From a virus (taxonomy: Duplodnaviria > Caudoviricetes): a stretch of DNA of 30,260 nt. Of this stretch, positions 24,920 through 30,260 are shown one piece after another. The notes under the pieces were generated by a model. That model was not told the DNA's origin. It saw only the letters and a program-made list of their open reading frames with translations, and did no database searches. Numbering within the stretch: position 1 is the first letter of the stretch; every line of letters begins with the position of its first letter. The translations under genes were made by a program, and so were the position numbers. Location of the stretch: IMG/VR virus record IMGVR_UViG_3300042393_000465, positions 1-30,260 of that record; one strand, 5' to 3'.

Positions 24920-25546
24920 TTAAAATAATTTTTGTTGTGCTACGTGGTTGTTAATTCGTGTCATTGCCTTATCAAAGTACTCTTTATCAAGCTCGCACGC
25001 TGTAAGGTCAAATCCGTAATCATGGCAAGCTATTGCTATTGAGCCACTGCCTAAGTGAGTGTCGAGTATTTTGTCGTTTGGTTTTGCGTATTTGTCAAGT
25101 AGCCATTTGTAAAGATAAATAGGTTTTTGAGTGGGGTGCATCCGTTCACTTTCGTCTTTTGCATTTGCACCAACCCAAGACTTAGTTAACTTTCTTAATG
25201 CACCTCCAAAACTACTCCATGCTAACTCACCATCAGCAAAGTCATTTTCACCTGTTCCTTTATCCCAAAATAACCAAGAAGAAGTTGGTTTAAGAAATTC
25301 AGTCATATAATTTCCACCCCAAATAATTTGATTTTTTGATACTCTAAATAACTCATCAAAATATTCTTTAGTAGGTATTGTTTTATCCCAATCATTTATG
25401 CCTCTATATATTTTCTTTTTACCATTACCTAATGTCATTTTATTTGCACCTATCCCATAAGGAGGGTCTACTATTGCTAAATCAAAATAGTTGTCAGGAT
25501 AGCGTGCCATTAATAGCATATTATCTTCGTTGGTAATAGTTAGCAT
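24920..25546 (-). CDS. Orphan DNA N6-adenine/N4-cytosine methyltransferase (beta class)
   Basis: DPPY catalytic motif precedes HPTQKP and the LDTHLGSGS SAM-binding motif. Confidence 0.92.
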   Translation of the reverse strand: MLTITNEDNMLLMARYPDNYFDLAIVDPPYGIGANKMTLGNGKKKIYRGINDWDKTIPTKEYFDELFRVSKNQIIWGGNYMTEFLKPTSSWLFWDKGTGENDFADGELAWSSFGGALRKLTKSWVGANAKDESERMHPTQKPIYLYKWLLDKYAKPNDKILDTHLGSGSIAIACHDYGFDLTACELDKEYFDKAMTRINNHVAQQKLF

Positions 25547-25671
25547 ATTTCAATTTTAAATTCACGTGAAAAATTACCACTCGCTTTGAGTTGCTTTTTC
25601 TTCCAAAGTGCTAATTGTCTACTTGGGAAATACCAAACCTGAAAGTTAGCGTAAATTAATTTATAAGTCAT
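25540..25671 (-). CDS. Small hypothetical protein MTYKLIYANF...
   Basis: ATG at 25671 near the upstream stop; 43 aa. Confidence 0.55.
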   Translation of the reverse strand: MTYKLIYANFQVWYFPSRQLALWKKKQLKASGNFSREFKIEIC

Positions 25672-25918
25672 TTTTAATAGGTTTAGATTTGTATAAAAAT
25701 TCAACTCCGATTTCGTTTTCTGCACACCAAAAATAGTTTAGTAAAACCATAAATGTAGGGTGTGGTTTTTCGTTCATAAATTCTACAATCAAAGTCCCTT
25801 TGTGGTCATTAATACTACAAATTTCTTCATCAAATTTATGATTAACAATTCTTTGTGCAATTCTACTTAAACGTTCTGTTCTGTAAAATTCATTATAACT
25901 TGGCATTTCTATTTTCAT
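25661..25918 (-). CDS. Hypothetical protein
   Basis: 85 aa, ATGA overlap with the primase gene. Confidence 0.7.
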   Translation of the reverse strand: MKIEMPSYNEFYRTERLSRIAQRIVNHKFDEEICSINDHKGTLIVEFMNEKPHPTFMVLLNYFWCAENEIGVEFLYKSKPIKNDL

Positions 25919-28209
25919 TTCTCTTCAATTTTTTTAATTAAACGTTGAATTTGTATTCTTGAAACCCCTAACAATTCAGCTACTTTTGTTCGGTTAAAAT
26001 CATTATCCGATTTATAAATAGCTTGTAATTTTTCAAAGGTTGTTTCAGCACCTTTTGAAGCCGTTTTTAAATCTTTTATTTCGGTTGCTTCAATCTTTAT
26101 TTTCTTTGCATTCATAACAAAGTAATTACTTAGTTTTTCGGCTTTCAACATGGATTCTTTATTAATCCAAATTACATTAATATTTTCATCAAAGTTACTT
26201 TCAAAAAAATGTATTAACAACGCAAACCTTGGAATGTAGCTTTTTTGTTTTGGGAACATCGATTTAAGATATTCGTTTTCCTCTTCGCTGTTTTGTTCTT
26301 TTGTTATTCTATTAAAAATACGTTTCCATTCTATTTTAGCTTCGCCATCAAAACGAACCCTCAACGGTTCAATATCGTTTTCGTTATTACGCTTAATCAT
26401 TTTTTGTTTAATACCTTGGTAAAACCGAACTATCGTGTCTGAATACCATTGTAAAACCGAATAATCAACTTCGTTATCGTTGTATTCGTCAATCGTTGCA
26501 TCTGGAAAACTTAATAACATACGGTCTAGAAATCCGTTATCTTTATTTTCGTCGGTTGCAAATGTATTAAAAACGCTTGGTTGAATACCGCCCAAAACGG
26601 GAATAAAAGGTTTTTCAATAAACGAACCCGCTCGGGTAATTCTATTTAAGTAAACACTTTTACCGCTCCAACAACTTAACCAAAATTCTAAATCCGACCC
26701 GCTACGGTATTTATTCATATCCTTAAACCACCCCGCAAGTTCATCTTTAAAAACACCAACCGAATTATCGTTTTCTTGGTGTAAATCAACTAACGCCTCC
26801 AATGTAATATCGTTTACTAGAAATTGCGTTTTCTTTGGTAATTGCGGTAATTCCAAACCTAAATCGTTACGTTCTTTTTTACTTAAAGATTCGATATAAT
26901 CAAAGCGTTCTTTTAGTTCCTTATACTTTTTTATTTCTTTAAAGTTTAATTTACTTAGTGGAAAAATTATATTGTTAATACTTGGTGTTTTACCTATTCC
27001 AGCTTTACCAACAACCGCCAACCAAACAACGCTATTTTCAACCCAACCTCTTTTAACCTCAACTTCGGCACAATTACCTATGCACGTTGAAATTAACCAT
27101 AACAAAGAACAACCCATGTAATCAATATTTGAATCCAATTTATTGTTACATTCTAAAATATAGTGTTGAATTTCTTTTGGAAAAATATCTAGTGGAAAAC
27201 TAACATTTTTTATCGGTAAAGGTTTATCAATTTTAGGTTTATTCTCTTCGATTTTTTTCTTTAACCTACTCCCAAAACCTTGTTCATATAAATCCTTTGT
27301 TGACTCTTTAAAATCGCCGTTGTGGTATTTATAAGAATACGCCACAAAAGGCGAAATTAACTTTTCATTTGGGTAAATTGTAGCCGTTGAAAACAAATAC
27401 ATACAACCACTATCGCGGAATACATAACCCGAATGGTCAGATGTTGCATTGTGTCTTTTAATTAAATAATGTTTGTTTTTTTGTCCGTTTGTTGGAATAA
27501 AAAAATCGTCACTTATAACGTTCCAAATATCTGTTTTATCGTTAAAATCCTGCCATGGTGTTATTTCACCATCTAGGTAAATTTTAGAATCCTTTTTTGG
27601 TTCTATTGGTTTTTCATCTATAAAATTATACGCTTTTGAAATTCTCCAAAGTGTTTCCCTATCTTCATCGCTAATAAAATCTATTTGAAAATAAGTTAAT
27701 CCAGCGTATTTATTTTTAGGGTAAATAAAAATATAACCACCTATTCCGCGACTTTCTAAAATAGCTTCTTTATGACCTTTTAACTTTGCGATTTTTTCAT
27801 TACCTACAACTCGTTTTGATTTGTAAAGAATATGAAACCCACCACTTGCTGTTGTGTAAACCGCAAACTTTTTTTCGAAATCAATAATGTTATCTTTTAG
27901 GGTTTGGTAATATTCATTCCAAAATTGATTTTTTTCTATTTGTGTCGATAAAACCTTGGTATCAACATCAACACATTCTAAAAATTCAAACCCCGTAATA
28001 ATACCTATTGCAATTGTTTTTGATAATTCTATTCCGTCTTTTTTAAATATACCACCTTGGTAATTTAATCGCTTTAAAAACTCTTCTTTTTGTAATTTTT
28101 CATTTTGGTTTTTATTCCAACTAAAATTTGGTTTTTTACCGCTTTCAGATTCTCCAACAGTTAAAAGTGAAAACCTTTCTAAAAAATTAATAGCTTGTTG
28201 TTCATCCAT
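25915..28209 (-). CDS. Bifunctional Prim-Pol primase fused to DUF3987-type helicase with C-terminal HTH
   Basis: VDVD, T.SGGFH and ESRG.GGY (AEP); GKAGIGKT Walker A; FKDEL; NGFLDR; C-terminal NRTKVAELLGVSR HTH. Start placed at MDEQQ (28209); the ORF track start at 28242 lies inside a hairpin arm. Confidence 0.88.
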   Translation of the reverse strand: MDEQQAINFLERFSLLTVGESESGKKPNFSWNKNQNEKLQKEEFLKRLNYQGGIFKKDGIELSKTIAIGIITGFEFLECVDVDTKVLSTQIEKNQFWNEYYQTLKDNIIDFEKKFAVYTTASGGFHILYKSKRVVGNEKIAKLKGHKEAILESRGIGGYIFIYPKNKYAGLTYFQIDFISDEDRETLWRISKAYNFIDEKPIEPKKDSKIYLDGEITPWQDFNDKTDIWNVISDDFFIPTNGQKNKHYLIKRHNATSDHSGYVFRDSGCMYLFSTATIYPNEKLISPFVAYSYKYHNGDFKESTKDLYEQGFGSRLKKKIEENKPKIDKPLPIKNVSFPLDIFPKEIQHYILECNNKLDSNIDYMGCSLLWLISTCIGNCAEVEVKRGWVENSVVWLAVVGKAGIGKTPSINNIIFPLSKLNFKEIKKYKELKERFDYIESLSKKERNDLGLELPQLPKKTQFLVNDITLEALVDLHQENDNSVGVFKDELAGWFKDMNKYRSGSDLEFWLSCWSGKSVYLNRITRAGSFIEKPFIPVLGGIQPSVFNTFATDENKDNGFLDRMLLSFPDATIDEYNDNEVDYSVLQWYSDTIVRFYQGIKQKMIKRNNENDIEPLRVRFDGEAKIEWKRIFNRITKEQNSEEENEYLKSMFPKQKSYIPRFALLIHFFESNFDENINVIWINKESMLKAEKLSNYFVMNAKKIKIEATEIKDLKTASKGAETTFEKLQAIYKSDNDFNRTKVAELLGVSRIQIQRLIKKIEEK

Positions 28210-28336
28210 TCCGCCCAATGTATTAAAAATGATAAAGCCCATTAATTCTAAGCAGGTGCGGTGCTTTTAAACTAATAGGCTTTAAATAATTTTTTAGTGA
28301 CTAGTAAGTTAATATCCGCACAATTAACTTTTCACG
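28207..28336 (-). ncRNA. Putative structured 5' leader RNA with two complementary-loop hairpins
   Basis: Hairpin A 28330-28306 has loop UGUGCGGAU; hairpin B 28284-28233 has loop CCGCACC. G-U pairs form only on the minus strand. Confidence 0.6.
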
Positions 28337-28380
28337 TCCACAAATATAGTAATTTTTATTAAATACAACCTATTTTATTT
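28334..28380 (-). promoter_or_regulatory. Promoter P3 for the replication operon
   Basis: TATATTTG at 28348-28341 followed by TGGAC as in P1, with a TTTATTAA box at the same spacing. Confidence 0.7.
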
Positions 28381-28387
28381 ATTTTTT

Positions 28388-28568
28388 TAGGTGTAACATA
28401 GGTGTAACATGATGTTGCACCTAATGTTACACCTTTTTTCTATATTCTATAAGGGTTTGAATGCAATAAGTGTAACCTGTAACATGATGTTACACCAAAA
28501 AAATATTTTTTTTATTTTATTTTTTATTTTTACTAGTGTAACCTATGTTACAGGTTACAGGTTACACC
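28388..28568. repeat. Iteron array, putative replication origin
   Basis: Five TGTAAC, five GTTACA and one GTTGCA variant in three clusters, with an almost pure A/T spacer at about 28497-28532. Confidence 0.8.
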
Positions 28569-28601
28569 AAAAAAAAAGCCTTACAATTACGCAAGGCTTT
28601 A
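28569..28601 (-). terminator. Intrinsic terminator after exonuclease, shielding the origin
   Basis: AAAGCCUUGC-loop-GUAAGGCUUU followed by a long U-run. Confidence 0.8.
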
Positions 28602-28620
28602 AAAAAAATAGTAAAATAAT

Positions 28621-29250
28621 TTAAATTAAGTTGAATTGCAAGTTAGTTTTTATTTGCTCAACGTATTTATCGCGTAAAATTAGCGCCTCTAAGACACGTT
28701 CTTTAATTTTAGATATAATCTCTTCGTCGCGTTCAATAATAACCGTGTGGTGTATTTCTTTACCGTTCCAAATACCGTAATTAAAAAAATATGCTTTATC
28801 TTTTTCGGCGCATAACATTTCCATTTGCATTTGGTATTGATATTTTTTATCAATTTCGTTTGTTGCTATCAATTCAAATAGTGTTTCGGGTTTCGGGCAT
28901 TTGATTTCTAAAACAGCGTTATCGGAAACAATACCGTCGGGACTTGCACCCGCAAAAGTATCGTAAACGAAAAATTCGCATTGTTGAGCATTAATAAAAT
29001 TCTCTTCATTCAAACGATTAAAACATTCAAATGCAAGGGGTTCGTATTGTACCCCTCGTTGCATATCAAAAGACATAAAACTATCCTCTTCGTCACGTCC
29101 GAAAACAAGTTCACACGCTTTCGAAAACGCGTAACCTTCACCCGTTAAACCTAAACCTTTTATTCCCATTAATTTATGGATTTCCGAACCCGTAAAGCGT
29201 CCTAATCTTAATTCGAACCATTCGTTAGTTCGTTGTTCTACTTGCAACAT
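28621..29250 (-). CDS. YqaJ / lambda exonuclease family protein
   Basis: QRTNEWFELRLGRFTGS, GASPDG, LEIKCP and YQYQMQMEM motifs. Confidence 0.92.
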   Translation of the reverse strand: MLQVEQRTNEWFELRLGRFTGSEIHKLMGIKGLGLTGEGYAFSKACELVFGRDEEDSFMSFDMQRGVQYEPLAFECFNRLNEENFINAQQCEFFVYDTFAGASPDGIVSDNAVLEIKCPKPETLFELIATNEIDKKYQYQMQMEMLCAEKDKAYFFNYGIWNGKEIHHTVIIERDEEIISKIKERVLEALILRDKYVEQIKTNLQFNLI

Positions 29251-29761
29251 ATTGTGTGTATTTAGTTAAAATTTCTTCATTTGTAATAAAACCTTTTGTA
29301 ATTGTTTCGATTGTAGCGTTTGCGTTAAATGCCTTTTCGAAATGTTCATCTTTGAACGTTGGTTTTTTCTTTTCGGTAATCGGTGCAATTGGACTTACTA
29401 CAATACCACCTACAACTTCGCGCCCAAACTTTACGTTAGGATTGAACTGTAATTCGATTTTAAAGCCATTCCACGCCATTAAATTACGGCTTTCAACGGA
29501 TTCGATACCTTTTGCAAGTTGAACCATTTTAGCGATTGTTTTTCGATTACCCGAATTTACAACCATTGGTTTAACATCTTCGACGAAATCTAAAAAATAG
29601 CCGTCGGTTTTGTTACCCGAAACGTTAACGCCTGTTTCGTAATACGCCTCTTTAATTGTTAAAATACATTTGCCGTTTTCGGCTGTTATTGCTTCAACAT
29701 CAACACCTGCTAAATGTGTTGATTTTCTGTGTTTCATGCAATCGATGTTTGTTTCCTTCAT
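29225..29761 (-). CDS. Uncharacterised protein, candidate exonuclease partner (annealing/ssDNA-binding)
   Basis: 178 aa overlapping the exonuclease start; KPMVVNSGN..WNG.KIEL pattern. Confidence 0.6.
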   Translation of the reverse strand: MKETNIDCMKHRKSTHLAGVDVEAITAENGKCILTIKEAYYETGVNVSGNKTDGYFLDFVEDVKPMVVNSGNRKTIAKMVQLAKGIESVESRNLMAWNGFKIELQFNPNVKFGREVVGGIVVSPIAPITEKKKPTFKDEHFEKAFNANATIETITKGFITNEEILTKYTQYVASRTTN

Positions 29762-29781
29762 TGTGTTTTTTTTTTAGGTTA

Positions 29782-29877
29782 CTATTTATTGTTTTTTGCG
29801 CGTAAATAATTTAAGTAAAGTTCTATATTGAAATGACCGCGTTTATTCCAATAACTTTCGATGTCTGCTAAATTCAT
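29782..29877 (-). CDS. 31-aa peptide MNLADIESYWNKRGHFNIELYLNYLRAKNNK
   Basis: Translated by hand; fills the gap and has an AT-rich leader. Confidence 0.55.
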   Translation of the reverse strand: MNLADIESYWNKRGHFNIELYLNYLRAKNNK

Positions 29878-29894
29878 ATTACAATTTTAAGTTT

Positions 29895-29932
29895 AAAAAG
29901 CCGTCCAAAACTTAATTATGTGTTGAACGGCG
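29895..29932 (-). terminator. Hairpin with U-tract
   Basis: GCCGUUCAA...UUGGACGGC followed by UUUUU on the minus strand. Confidence 0.6.
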
Positions 29933-29940
29933 TTAATTAA

Positions 29941-30117
29941 TTATAAGTGGTAAAGTCTTAAAAAACGTTCTTTACTGCAAACAAAGTAATTGATTGGGTT
30001 TTTTGAAGTTGCTTCGATAACCTTGTATTCAATATCGTTTGTTTGAACGTCGGTAATTTCTACTTTCTGCGGGCGCGTTGAATTAGTGTAAACCGCTCCT
30101 ATTATTATTCTTTTCAT
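29941..30117 (-). CDS. 58-aa hypothetical protein MKRIIIGAVY... (5' part duplicated at 1-111)
   Basis: ATG immediately after the DUF3127 stop; contiguous across the circular join. Confidence 0.65.
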   Translation of the reverse strand: MKRIIIGAVYTNSTRPQKVEITDVQTNDIEYKVIEATSKNPINYFVCSKERFLRLYHL

Positions 30118-30260
30118 ATCAGAAAGGTAAGTCATCTTGTTCCTCATTCGGTGCGTGCGCTTTCATTTGGTCAACACGTGCTTTGTCCTGAATACTTTCA
30201 CCGTTACCGTTTAATCTTTCAAGTCGCCAAGCTTCCAACGTATTAAAATATTTAACTTCA
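30007..30260. repeat. Terminal direct repeat, right copy
   Basis: Matches 1-254 with one mismatch. Confidence 0.97.

Noticed and set aside
28388-28568. Repeat cluster as a CRISPR array, or ORF 28409..28624 as a gene
   Set aside because: The repeats are 6-11 bp in both orientations without regular unique spacers, and the ORF just translates the iterons and poly-T.
506-29522. Plus-strand ORFs in the track other than 14500..15114 (e.g. 760..1149, 10022..10360, 13397..13915, 15411..15896, 16677..17048, 29256..29522)
   Set aside because: They are shadows of well-supported minus-strand genes, with S/F/L-rich antisense composition and no motifs.
30007-30260. 254-bp repeat as a biological terminal repeat or att site
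   Set aside because: It cuts through coding sequence, its length fits a k-mer artefact, and no integrase is present.
1-30260. Stop-codon reassignment, diversity-generating retroelement, introns/inteins, tRNAs
   Set aside because: Genes tile densely under the standard code, and I saw no reverse transcriptase, template/variable repeat pair, interrupted core gene or cloverleaf.

Overview
The window is an apparently complete, circularly closed genome (about 30,006 bp plus a 254-bp terminal overlap) of a small AT-rich tailed dsDNA phage. It is most likely a siphovirus-like phage of a Bacteroidota (Flavobacterium-type) host, based on TAnnTTTG promoters and a DUF3127 protein. Every credible gene but one is on the minus strand. 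In transcription order the modules are: DUF3127 SSB-like gene (across the join), putative annealing protein, YqaJ exonuclease, iteron origin, structured leader, primase-helicase, DNA methyltransferase, VRR-NUC nuclease, TerS/TerL, frameshifted tail chaperone, neck/tail genes and tape measure, head protease, scaffold, capsid, tail tube, portal, adaptor, fibre module, holin, accessory genes, spanin and endolysin. I saw no integrase, canonical repressor, tRNA, CRISPR array or reverse transcriptase. The most striking signal is a compact replication-control locus: about 11 TGTAAC/GTTACA iterons next to a promoter whose 5' leader forms two hairpins with complementary loops (GUGCGG/CCGCAC) directly upstream of the primase-helicase. 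Other notable items are a lone antisense Stealth-like gene in the virion module, a portal with fused C-terminal domains, a gene split by a CpG-poor insertion, and near-complete GATC avoidance. All family assignments come from motif recognition by eye; no searches were run.
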